Made by a program: the position numbers and the translations under genes. The notes under the pieces were generated by a model. It had not been told where the DNA came from and did not search any database. It worked only from the letters and a program-made list of their open reading frames with translations. Below are positions 8,994 to 17,685 of a stretch of 64,000 nucleotides of DNA, in pieces. Numbering within the stretch: position 1 is the first letter of the stretch; each line of letters begins with the position of its first letter. This DNA is from Myxococcota bacterium (GTDB lineage: Bacteria; Myxococcota_A; Bradymonadia; UBA7976; UBA1532), in NCBI GenBank assembly GCA_036337435.1, contig JAYZEG010000041.1, positions 1 through 64,000 on the forward strand. Direction: 5' to 3'.

Positions 8994-11900
8994 TTACTGA
9001 ATTGGTCTCACCCATAAACGCGAGCCATGATGCCAGCTGTTATTGCCACCAGGAACGCCCGTTCCGTAGTAATTGGAATAATGGTAGTCCGTGCCTGCTC
9101 GACCATCGATGTAGTTGTAATTACTGACATGAAAGAGCGTCAGGTAATTATTATTTGAATGGCGTGGATACCAATAATAATGGCCTGACCTCGAGTTGCC
9201 ACCTACATCCGTCCAGTTTTGAGCCGGAGACAGTTTGTAGAGTAAGTTGTTCCCAGATGTCAGGTCTTGGTCTGTTCCATAGTTGGGCATGATGTTTCGA
9301 TTGGCGACACGGTAAATGGCCTTCGCATTCCAGGAGTCCCATGGAATGAGGGCCGAACGCCCTTGGTCCAGAACAACGGCAAATTCGATGGGAAAGTTCA
9401 TACCGGCTAGATGACGCCAGTCTGTCCAGGCACCATCGCTGTCTGGATTACCGATGTACTCGGGACGCCCGTAGGTCTCGTTATTCCGAGCCTTCATGAA
9501 GTAGGCATAGTCGCGGCTGTTGACATCGGCTGGTGCGTTGCTCCGACCCGGGTGTCGGTAGTGTCCGACCAGAGTCCATCCACCGCCATCGGTCTCCATG
9601 TCGCAGTACGCATCGATCTCTCCCTGTGCTGTGTCCAAGCGATACAGACCGGAAACAATCGATGGCTCGTACGCCCCATTTCGTCCGGCGCGATACTCTA
9701 GGCAACTGTCCGATAAGCGCCCATCGGACCACAATCGTGCACCGTTTTCGCCTTCGACGATGCGCAGTACATCGACCGCTGGCAATTGCTCGATTTCCCG
9801 CATCAAGATTCGAGACCCATGATGCCAAGAGTTATTGCCGCCAGGAATCCCAGTGCCATAGTAATTGGAGTAATGGTAATCGGTGCCTGCCCGACCATCG
9901 ATATAGTTGTAATTACTCACATGGAAAAGGGTTAGGTAGTTGTTGTTGGAGTGACGTGGATACCAATAATAATGGCCTGACCTTGAGCTGCCGCCGACGT
10001 CGGTCCAGTTGTTATTTGGACTCAATTTATACAGAAGATTATCGGACGCCGTTAGATTTTGCTGGGTCCCGTAATTGGGCATAATGTTCCGATGTTTGAC
10101 CCGGTAAATCGCTTTTGCATTGTGATTTTCCCAATTGGTCATAAACGAGCGGCCTTGGTCCAATATAATCGCCATCTCGATGGGCCAGCTGATGTGCTCT
10201 AAGACACGGAAGTCAGTCCACGCACCATCACTATCGGGGTTAGCTATATACTGGGGTCGCCCGTAGGCTTGGTTGGTCCGAGCCTTCATAAAGTAGGCAT
10301 AGTCTCGGCTGTTGACATCGGCCGGTGCATTGCTGCGACCAGGATGTCGGTAATGTCCGAGCATCGTCCAGCCACCCCCATCGGTGGCCATATCGCAGTA
10401 CACTGGAATGCGGCCGCTTGGCGTTTGTATATAATATCGACCACTCAATAAGGTTGTCTCATCGCCGCCGTTAGGGACCTGTTGTAAGTATTCTTTACAG
10501 GTTCTCCGCACCTGACCGTTTGACCAGGATCGAACGTCGTTTTCATCAGCGACGATGCGCAAGCGGTCTGGGTCGGGTAGGGGCGCTGATTCACGGATCA
10601 ACATTCTCGACCCGTGGTGCCAAGAGTTATTGCCGCCAGGAATCCCAGTGCCGTAGTAGTTGGAGTAGTGGTAATCGGTGCCTGCTCGACCATCGATGTA
10701 GTTGTAGTTACTCACGTGAAACAAAGTCAGGTAGTTGTTGTTGGAATGCCGCGGATACCAGTAGTAATGGCCAGACCTTGAGCTGCCGCCGACGTCGGTC
10801 CAGTTGTTATTTGGACTCAATTTGTAAAGCAGGTTATCGCCTGAGGTCAGGTTTTGCTGGGTTCCGTAATTGGGCATGATATTTCGGTTTTTGACTCGAT
10901 AGATGGCCTTTGCATTGTAGTCTTCCCAGTTGGTTTGGTAGGCCCGACCCTGGTCAAGAATAATGGCAAATTCCAATGGCCAGCTCATGCCCGATAGCAA
11001 TCGCCAGTCAGTCCAGGCCCCTTCGCTGTTTGGATCTCCGTAATATTCCGGACGACCGAAGGCTTCGTTACTTCGAGCCTTCATGAAGTAGGCGTAGTCG
11101 CGACTGTTGACATCGGCTGGTGCATTGCTCCGCCCGGGATGCCGATAATGGCCCACCATGGTCCAGCCGCCGCCATCGGTCTCCATGTCGCAGTAGGCAT
11201 TGATTTCACCCGCAGGCGTGTCGAGTCGATACATCCCGGATAACAAGTCGCCGGTGTATGCGCCCTCTGGAATGTCGTTTTTGTATTCCTTACAGGAGCG
11301 CCGCAGGTCTGCGTCGGCCCACCGACGCCCACCGTCATCGCCCGTGACAATTCGTTCCTGATCTTCGGCTGGCCCATCACCCAATTCCCGAACCAGCATT
11401 CTTGACCCATAATGCCACGAATTATTGCCACCAGGCACACCTGTGCCGTAGTAGTTCGAATAGTGGTAATCGGTGGCCGCTCGACCGTCGATATAGCTGT
11501 AATTACTGACGTGGAATAGGGTTAGATAGGCATTTCCCTGATTTCTTGGATACCAATAGTAGTGACCTGACCTTGAGCTACTGCCCACGTCGATCCAGTT
11601 GTCCTGCGTGTTCAACTTGTAGAGTAAGTTGTCGCCTGCAGCCAGATTTTGCTGAGTGCCGTAGTTCGGCATGACGTTCCGATTCTTGACCCGGTAGACA
11701 ACCTTCCGATTATACGTCTCCCAGCTCGGGGAATAGAATCCTGTTTCATTGAGTACGATTGCAAATTCGATGGGAAAACCCATATCTTTCAGGGGCCTAA
11801 AATCCGTCCAAGCACCGTCACTGTTGGGATCGGCCAGATACTCTTGGCGGCCAAAAGTGCGGTCCTCCCGCGCTTTCATGAAGTAAGCATAATCCCGACT

Positions 11901-13725
11901 GGCCACGTCACCCGGCGCGTTGGTGCGACCTGGATGCCTGTAGTGACCGATCATGGTCCATCCGCCACCATCTGTGTCCATATCACAGTAGACGGTCTGT
12001 TCTCCTAGAGTATTGCGAATTCTGTACTTGCCGGACAGACGATCACCCAGATAGGCATTGTCTGGCGGGTCAAGGTAGCCCTTACACGAATTCGGAATTG
12101 AACCGTCTGACCAGGACAGAGCTCCATCATCACCCGGAGTGAGGCGAACTTGCCCTTCTTCGGGTGGTTCGCCGAGAGAGCGGAACAACATTCGAGAGCC
12201 GTGGTGCCAACTATTATTACCCCCCGGTACACCTCGTCCGTAGTAGTTCGCGTACTGGTAATTTGTATCAGCGCGACCATCTAAAAAGCGGTAGTTACTG
12301 ACATGAAACAGGGTTAAGTAGTCGTTATTAGCAGCCCGTGGATACCAGTAGTAATGACCTGATTTGGAGTTGTTATGGATGTCTGACCACCCACCGCTTG
12401 GCGAGAACTTGTAGAGGACATTGTCACCGGCAGCGATATTTTGGGTGGTGCCGTAATTGGGCATTAAGTTTCGATGTTTGACCTGATAAATCGCCTTGGC
12501 ATTATAATCTTCCCAGCCTGAGCTGTATTGCTCACCCTGGTCGAGGATCACGGCAAATTCGATTGGCCAGCCGGCATTCTCCAACGGTCTCCAGTCTGTC
12601 CAGGCGCCCTGGCTGTCCGGATTGGCAAGATACGTCGAACGGCCGAACGCCTCGTTACTGCGGGCTTTCATGAAGTAGGCATAGTCGCGATTTTGCAAGC
12701 CCGGTGGCGCATTCTCCGTTGTCGGATGCCGGTAATGACCCAGCATCGTCCAGCCGCCGCCATCGGTCTCCATGTCGCAGTAGACGGTAATTGCACCCGA
12801 TGTGGTTGTGATCTCGTATTTGCCCGAATCGATATTGCCCTGATAAAATTCTTCCGGGGGGTTTCGATAGTCTTGACAGCTCTTCGCTGTGGTTCCGTCC
12901 GACCAGCTGCGCACGCCGTCGTCATCGGTCTCGAGACGCGTCTGGTCTTCTGCTGGTGGGTCGACCATTTCGCGAATGAGCAAGCGCGAGTTATGTTGCC
13001 AGGTGTCGTTACCGCCGGGCACACCGACGCCAAAATAGGTGCCGTACTGGTAATTACTGGCCGCTTGTCCGTCGCCGATATAGCGGTAATTACTGACGTG
13101 GAACATGCCGAGATATTGATTTTGGGGGTTTCGCGGAAACCAGTAATACGTTCCCGATCGAGAGCCATCACCGACGTCAGTCCAGTTCTCGGCCGGATGA
13201 AACTTAAACATCAGGTTGTCGTTCGCTGCGATGTTTTGAGTCGTGCCGTAATTGGGCATTTGATTTCGGTTCTTGACCCGATAGATCACTTTTCGACCGT
13301 AGTTCTCCCAGCCCGTTTGGAACTCATCGCCTTGGTCGATCACGACCGCAAACTCCGCCGGCCAGCCGATGTTGTTCAAGACGCGCCAATCGGTCCAAGT
13401 ACCCGCACTGTTTGGATTGGCATAGTGCTCCCCTAAACCGAAGGGGGCATTTAGACGAGCTCGCATGAAGAGGGAATAATCGCGGTTGTCATGGCCCGGT
13501 GGGGAACCTGCAGTCCCCGAACGATAATGACCAACAACCGTCCAACCACCACCGTTGGTGGTCATGTCACAATAGACAACATAGGGCTGACCACCGTCAT
13601 TACTCAGCCGGTATCGGCCATCTCCGCCGCCAACATAGGCTTCATCCTGGAGATATTCTCGGCAGCTTGCGGCGAAGGTATTGTCGCTCCATTGGCGTGC
13701 CCCATTGACTTCAATGAGCTCTTTG
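8994..13725 (-). repeat. Six tandem intragenic ~795-bp repeats encoding fibrinogen-like domains
   Basis: YCDM codons near 13570, 12780, 11990, 11190, 10400 and 9605. Exact DNA matches 9979-10028 = 10774-10823 (50 bp) and 9823-9857 = 10618-10652 (35 bp), both offset by 795 bp. Confidence 0.9.
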
Positions 13726-15239
13726 TCGGCTGGACCGCCGTCGCCGCCAGCGACACCTCGCGACATATTGACCCATTCAGTCCCGTTACAGCCCTTGAAA
13801 CGTTGCTGCTCGATGTTGAAGTATACTCGGCCTCGGGTCTCCTCGTTGCATGGCCCCATGCCCTCTGTCGTCACATTGTGAATGTCCGTTGCACCACCGA
13901 AGCTGGTATTTCCGCGAACAGTGAGGTTTCCATTAATGACGACATCGCCGTCGCCACGTAGAAAAGCAGAACTGTCGATGCCATCGATGCGGTCCGCATC
14001 GACACCCGAACCTTGCCCGTCGATGGTCTTTAGGCGGTCTAAGACCTGTTGTGCTGTTCGTACGAATTGGCTTGAATCGATGCCATCGATCCGATCGGCG
14101 TCAAGACCAGAATTACTGCCGTCTACGGTTTTTAGAAGTTCAAGGATTTGCGCTGCCGTGCGAACGAACTCTGATGAGTCGAACCCATCGAGACGGTCTG
14201 CATCTATCCCGCTGCCCGTTCCATCGACGCGCAGCAATCGTTCCAGAACATGGGCGGGTGTTCGGACAAAGACATCCAGTGGTTGCCCGCCTAAAGTTGC
14301 CGCATCGACTTCATCGGTTCTTTGCCAAAATTCCTCAGAACTGAGCCCATCAAGAAAATCAGCGTCTAGTAGACTGTCGACGCCGTCGACTCTGAGCAAC
14401 AAAGTCAGCACCTGGTCGGCGGTTCGAACAAATTTATTGGAGTCGATGCCGTCAAAGTAGTCTGCGTTGATGCGAGAGCCTTCACCATCCACCGTCAGCA
14501 AAAGTTGGAGGACCTGCTGCGCTGTTCGAACGAATTCGCTGCTGTCGATTCCATCGAGGAGGTCGGCATCGATCTCGGATCCGGTCCCGTCCACCTGTCT
14601 TAGTTTTGCTCGAACTTGTTCCGGGGTATCTGGCGAGCCTTGTTGTCCCTCGGCACCGACCTGTCCGGCTGGCCCTTGCGGCCCCTGAGGTCCTTGTGGC
14701 CCGGGTGGTCCTGCAACACCTTGTTCTCCGTCCCGTCCTGATGGACCGCGCAGACCGGCCGGATTGCCAACCCAATTCCCTTGGGCATCAATCACCACAC
14801 CAACACCATTGATAGCGACACTGGATGGCGTAATGTCCCCGGTTACATTGATTGCATTGTCGGCAATAAACGCGGCTGGAACTTTCGAAATTTCGACCAG
14901 TGGCCTCAGTTCAGGTTGGTCACCTATCGCAACCCCGTAGAATAACGCATCCCGTTCAAATAGACCGGCTGGGAGTTGAACCTCGCTGCCGATCGAAATT
15001 GAGTAGATGCCGCGAGTGAATGTCACTCGGGGGTGTACTTCTTCGAAAAGAAGATTATTGCCTTCGACAGAGCTGTAAATTCTGACGCGGATGGAAAAAT
15101 CACCTTCGATAGGTGTTCCATTCGCATCGATAACGTACCCCTCTTGGTGAAAGCGATTCGGCAATGCGTGCGCAACCGTCAGACCGACGATAAGGCTCAA
15201 CACGCAAGCAAATATACCTGCAAACAGTCTGCTCAACAT
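8994..15239 (-). CDS. Secreted fibre-like adhesin (2081 aa): collagen triplets, DADxxDG tail-fibre-like repeats, six fibrinogen-like domains
   Basis: Signal peptide ending AHA; 14 GXY triplets; 34-aa DADxxDG repeats; six copies of SC..Y..G.Y..VYCDM.TDGGGWT, the N-terminal signature of fibrinogen-related domains. Confidence 0.85.
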   Translation of the reverse strand: MLSRLFAGIFACVLSLIVGLTVAHALPNRFHQEGYVIDANGTPIEGDFSIRVRIYSSVEGNNLLFEEVHPRVTFTRGIYSISIGSEVQLPAGLFERDALFYGVAIGDQPELRPLVEISKVPAAFIADNAINVTGDITPSSVAINGVGVVIDAQGNWVGNPAGLRGPSGRDGEQGVAGPPGPQGPQGPQGPAGQVGAEGQQGSPDTPEQVRAKLRQVDGTGSEIDADLLDGIDSSEFVRTAQQVLQLLLTVDGEGSRINADYFDGIDSNKFVRTADQVLTLLLRVDGVDSLLDADFLDGLSSEEFWQRTDEVDAATLGGQPLDVFVRTPAHVLERLLRVDGTGSGIDADRLDGFDSSEFVRTAAQILELLKTVDGSNSGLDADRIDGIDSSQFVRTAQQVLDRLKTIDGQGSGVDADRIDGIDSSAFLRGDGDVVINGNLTVRGNTSFGGATDIHNVTTEGMGPCNEETRGRVYFNIEQQRFKGCNGTEWVNMSRGVAGGDGGPADKELIEVNGARQWSDNTFAASCREYLQDEAYVGGGDGRYRLSNDGGQPYVVYCDMTTNGGGWTVVGHYRSGTAGSPPGHDNRDYSLFMRARLNAPFGLGEHYANPNSAGTWTDWRVLNNIGWPAEFAVVIDQGDEFQTGWENYGRKVIYRVKNRNQMPNYGTTQNIAANDNLMFKFHPAENWTDVGDGSRSGTYYWFPRNPQNQYLGMFHVSNYRYIGDGQAASNYQYGTYFGVGVPGGNDTWQHNSRLLIREMVDPPAEDQTRLETDDDGVRSWSDGTTAKSCQDYRNPPEEFYQGNIDSGKYEITTTSGAITVYCDMETDGGGWTMLGHYRHPTTENAPPGLQNRDYAYFMKARSNEAFGRSTYLANPDSQGAWTDWRPLENAGWPIEFAVILDQGEQYSSGWEDYNAKAIYQVKHRNLMPNYGTTQNIAAGDNVLYKFSPSGGWSDIHNNSKSGHYYWYPRAANNDYLTLFHVSNYRFLDGRADTNYQYANYYGRGVPGGNNSWHHGSRMLFRSLGEPPEEGQVRLTPGDDGALSWSDGSIPNSCKGYLDPPDNAYLGDRLSGKYRIRNTLGEQTVYCDMDTDGGGWTMIGHYRHPGRTNAPGDVASRDYAYFMKAREDRTFGRQEYLADPNSDGAWTDFRPLKDMGFPIEFAIVLNETGFYSPSWETYNRKVVYRVKNRNVMPNYGTQQNLAAGDNLLYKLNTQDNWIDVGSSSRSGHYYWYPRNQGNAYLTLFHVSNYSYIDGRAATDYHYSNYYGTGVPGGNNSWHYGSRMLVRELGDGPAEDQERIVTGDDGGRRWADADLRRSCKEYKNDIPEGAYTGDLLSGMYRLDTPAGEINAYCDMETDGGGWTMVGHYRHPGRSNAPADVNSRDYAYFMKARSNEAFGRPEYYGDPNSEGAWTDWRLLSGMSWPLEFAIILDQGRAYQTNWEDYNAKAIYRVKNRNIMPNYGTQQNLTSGDNLLYKLSPNNNWTDVGGSSRSGHYYWYPRHSNNNYLTLFHVSNYNYIDGRAGTDYHYSNYYGTGIPGGNNSWHHGSRMLIRESAPLPDPDRLRIVADENDVRSWSNGQVRRTCKEYLQQVPNGGDETTLLSGRYYIQTPSGRIPVYCDMATDGGGWTMLGHYRHPGRSNAPADVNSRDYAYFMKARTNQAYGRPQYIANPDSDGAWTDFRVLEHISWPIEMAIILDQGRSFMTNWENHNAKAIYRVKHRNIMPNYGTQQNLTASDNLLYKLSPNNNWTDVGGSSRSGHYYWYPRHSNNNYLTLFHVSNYNYIDGRAGTDYHYSNYYGTGIPGGNNSWHHGSRILMREIEQLPAVDVLRIVEGENGARLWSDGRLSDSCLEYRAGRNGAYEPSIVSGLYRLDTAQGEIDAYCDMETDGGGWTLVGHYRHPGRSNAPADVNSRDYAYFMKARNNETYGRPEYIGNPDSDGAWTDWRHLAGMNFPIEFAVVLDQGRSALIPWDSWNAKAIYRVANRNIMPNYGTDQDLTSGNNLLYKLSPAQNWTDVGGNSRSGHYYWYPRHSNNNYLTLFHVSNYNYIDGRAGTDYHYSNYYGTGVPGGNNSWHHGSRLWVRPIQ
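13953..14630 (-). repeat. Intragenic 102-bp (34-aa) DADxxDG repeats, six full plus one degenerate
   Basis: Consensus AQQVLxLLxTVDGxGSxIDADxxDGIDSSxFVRT read directly from the translation. Confidence 0.85.
14631..14756 (-). repeat. Collagen-like Gly-X-Y repeat (14 triplets)
   Basis: GLR GPS GRD GEQ GVA GPP GPQ GPQ GPQ GPA GQV GAE GQQ GSP. Confidence 0.9.
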
Positions 15240-15492
15240 AACGGACCCTTCCCCTGGACAAAGGCATTTTAAACCATCCAGGCAAGGATAGGCAAAACCG
15301 TTTTTAAATTTGCACGATAGTTTATCGATATTCGTGTTTTTATTGCTCTTCTAAACAGAGCAAACGTCCGGCTTTCGTCGGGATTTAAAGCCGCAATTTA
15401 CCGATGAGGTCGTTGATTTGTAGACTGTGAATTGGGCAGCCCTTGCGCGAGTTGCACCAAGTCGGATGAGACTGGTAGGTCACGCGCAGTGT

Positions 15493-15505
15493 ATGGTCAT
15501 ACCAT
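15493..15505. promoter_or_regulatory. Candidate GntR/FadR-family operator
   Basis: Perfect inverted repeat ATGGT-CAT-ACCAT matching the TGGT-N3-ACCA core of FadR-subfamily sites; lies about 105 bp upstream of the DUF849 gene in a divergent intergenic region. Confidence 0.4.
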
Positions 15506-15609
15506 GAGTGTGCTGTGCCCCCGGACAGCGAGTCTGCTGTCACCCTGAAGGTGAATGTGTCATACTGCCGTCCACAGACACCGACATCATGAGATCTGAG
15601 GAGGCTCCC

Positions 15610-16467
15610 ATGGATAAAGCGATCGTGACATGTGCGGTTACAGGCGTGTTGACGAATCCCGATAGATATCCCGTTCCGGTGACACCCGAAGAGATGGCTG
15701 CGTCGGCCAAAGAAGCTTATGACGCCGGGGCTTCGGTGATGCATATCCATTTTCGAAATCAAAATGAAGGCATGGGCTTTTTACCGACGTGGGAACCTGA
15801 TGTTGCGGCTGCGATTTCCGACGCCATTCGAGATGCGTGTCCTGGCGTCCTGTTGAATTTTTCCACTGGCGTCATGGGCGATGACATCTCCGGACCGGTG
15901 GCATGCTTGCGTCGTTGTAAGCCCGAGGTTGCGGCGATGAATTCTGGATCTCTCAACTATCTCAAGGTGAGGCGAAACGGGCAGTGGGCTTGGCCGCCCA
16001 TGTTGTTCGATAATCCCGTGAGCAAAATAGAGCAGTTTTTGAAGGTCATGTACGAGGAGGGGATTACACCTGAGTGCGAGTGCTTTGATACAGGCATTGT
16101 TCGGTCTATTGGCATGTTCAAACAGGCAGGCTTATTGCGCGACCCGCTCCATGTATCTCTTGTCATGGGCGTCGCGTCTGGAATGCCGGCCAAAGCCAGT
16201 TGGCTGCCTTTGCTTATGGACGAAATCCCCGAGGGGGCTAAATGGCAATCAATCGTGATAGGGCGGGACGATGTGTGGGATGTCCATCGAAAGACAGCTG
16301 AGCTCGGTGGCCATCTGAGAACGGGCCTAGAAGACACTTTTTATTTACCGAATGGCGATCGGGCCACTGGAAATGGACAACTCATCGAGAGTTTGGTGAG
16401 CATCGCTCGAGAATGTGGTCGAGAAATCGCCTCACCAGACGAAGCTCGAGCAGCCTTTGCCGTCTGA
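15610..16467 (+). CDS. Beta-keto acid cleavage enzyme family (DUF849 / 3-keto-5-aminohexanoate cleavage-like)
   Basis: KAIVTCAVTG, PVTPEEMA..A..AGASVMHIH, NSGSLN, ECECFD and GGHLRTGLED motifs; GAGGAGG RBS before ATG 15610. Confidence 0.9.
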   Translation: MDKAIVTCAVTGVLTNPDRYPVPVTPEEMAASAKEAYDAGASVMHIHFRNQNEGMGFLPTWEPDVAAAISDAIRDACPGVLLNFSTGVMGDDISGPVACLRRCKPEVAAMNSGSLNYLKVRRNGQWAWPPMLFDNPVSKIEQFLKVMYEEGITPECECFDTGIVRSIGMFKQAGLLRDPLHVSLVMGVASGMPAKASWLPLLMDEIPEGAKWQSIVIGRDDVWDVHRKTAELGGHLRTGLEDTFYLPNGDRATGNGQLIESLVSIARECGREIASPDEARAAFAV

Positions 16468-16490
16468 CGGCGTGTATGACCTGCTAGCCC

Positions 16491-16515
16491 AGGTGGTCGT
16501 CCGCCTTTTGATTTT
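16491..16515 (+). terminator. Possible intrinsic terminator
   Basis: AGGTGG-TCGT-CCGCCT hairpin (one G-U pair) followed by TTTGATTTT, 24 nt after the stop codon. The stem is short. Confidence 0.3.
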
Positions 16516-16677
16516 GACGACGTGAGTGCGTAAAACCCCTTCTAGACAGGCTTTCCTCATCGAACGCCGATGTGTCATGTGGCGCGACTTGCCATAAACG
16601 GTCAAGCCCCCTTATGCTTCAGCCGAGGATAACGATGGCTCATCGGATCCGAAGCATAATCGAAGGGGATAGACGCA

Positions 16678-17487
16678 ATGCGATTGATGGCGATTAAAGG
16701 CAGGCTCTTGGTCTTGTTTTTTGGATTTGGACTCACAGCTTGTGGTGGTGGAGGTGGGGCAGCTGAACCAGGCGAACCGATGCCCAATGACACTGTCGAC
16801 ATGGGCGTAGGCATGGTTGATAGCACGATGGATGACGTTGATGATCCCTTTGTCTTCGAGCCAAATGCAGACTGTGAATTCGATGAGAACCAGGCTGGAA
16901 AAGGCCCTGGTGCTCAGATCGCGAACTTCATGCCGGAGCAGTACAATGGAACCCTTGATGAAATGGGCGTCGAGACTGGTGCGCCCTTTCACTTTCATTC
17001 TTTCTGCGGCGGCGGTGCCGAGGTTGTTTGGGTGTTTTTGACGACGGGCTGGTGCGGTGCCTGTGAGACCTACGCGGACAAGGCCTTAGATTATCTGGAA
17101 GCGCATGCGCCCGAGGGCCTCAGAGTGGTGTGGATCGTGGGTGAGGATGCCGAGTATAATCCGCCATCAAAGGCGTATATGAGTCAGTATCGGCTCAACA
17201 AGTTGGACCGCGACAGAGATGGTGTGGTGAGCGACGCTGAAGCAGCCCTTCCATTTGTCATCATTCGAGACAACGACTTTAATAACACCCGGCGATTTAT
17301 CGATCCGAGTGCCGCAGGCAGTAGTTTGCCCCGTCAATACGTTCTCGACGCATCGAATATGCTGATGGTCTTTGCCAGTAACCCGCGAGCAGATCCACCA
17401 AGACCCTTCATTCAGGGAGAATGTGAAATGAGACGCCTTTTGGGTGTCCTCGATATCGATACCTGCGATGGCTATATGGGTCAGTAG
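16678..17487 (+). CDS. Thioredoxin-fold (TlpA/redoxin-like) lipoprotein with an inserted EF-hand-like loop
   Basis: Lipobox GLTAC; VWVFLTTGWCGAC active-site motif; SLPRQYVLD cis-Pro-type strand; DRDRDGVVSDAE loop. Confidence 0.75.
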   Translation: MRLMAIKGRLLVLFFGFGLTACGGGGGAAEPGEPMPNDTVDMGVGMVDSTMDDVDDPFVFEPNADCEFDENQAGKGPGAQIANFMPEQYNGTLDEMGVETGAPFHFHSFCGGGAEVVWVFLTTGWCGACETYADKALDYLEAHAPEGLRVVWIVGEDAEYNPPSKAYMSQYRLNKLDRDRDGVVSDAEAALPFVIIRDNDFNNTRRFIDPSAAGSSLPRQYVLDASNMLMVFASNPRADPPRPFIQGECEMRRLLGVLDIDTCDGYMGQ

Positions 17488-17685
17488 AATCGGTTGTTTT
17501 GTGGGCAGGTTGAGGGCTATTCACGTGAGAATGGCTCGGTTCATTCGTTCACGCCCAATGGTTTGTGAGTGGTCTGTTTCTCCGGCCGGCTTAGAGCTGG
17601 ATTGATCTGCGAGACGGTGACACCCCCCAAATGTTAAGGGCTGAAAAGAATCGGCGAGACTGCCTGAAATCGAGGACGCCCCAGC

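Noticed and set aside
8994..11700. Diversity-generating retroelement (TR/VR pair) in the Asn/Tyr-rich fibrinogen-like repeats
   Set aside because: Differences between units 4 and 5 in this segment are synonymous, largely T/C at third positions on the coding strand rather than at adenines; all copies are in-frame domains; no reverse transcriptase is in the window.
12528..14460. Long antisense ORFs opposite the large genes (e.g. 12528-13436, 13882-14460; similarly 34800-35531 and 49847-50680)
   Set aside because: Shadow frames expected from codon bias and repeats in the real genes on the other strand; no recognisable motifs.
16580..16592. Sigma54 promoter TGGCGCGACTTGC
   Set aside because: GG-to-GC spacing is 8 nt instead of the required 10.
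17488..17685. Possible ncRNA in the 200-bp gap between convergent genes
   Set aside because: No recognisable family motif or convincing long stem by eye; an Rfam/Infernal scan would be needed.
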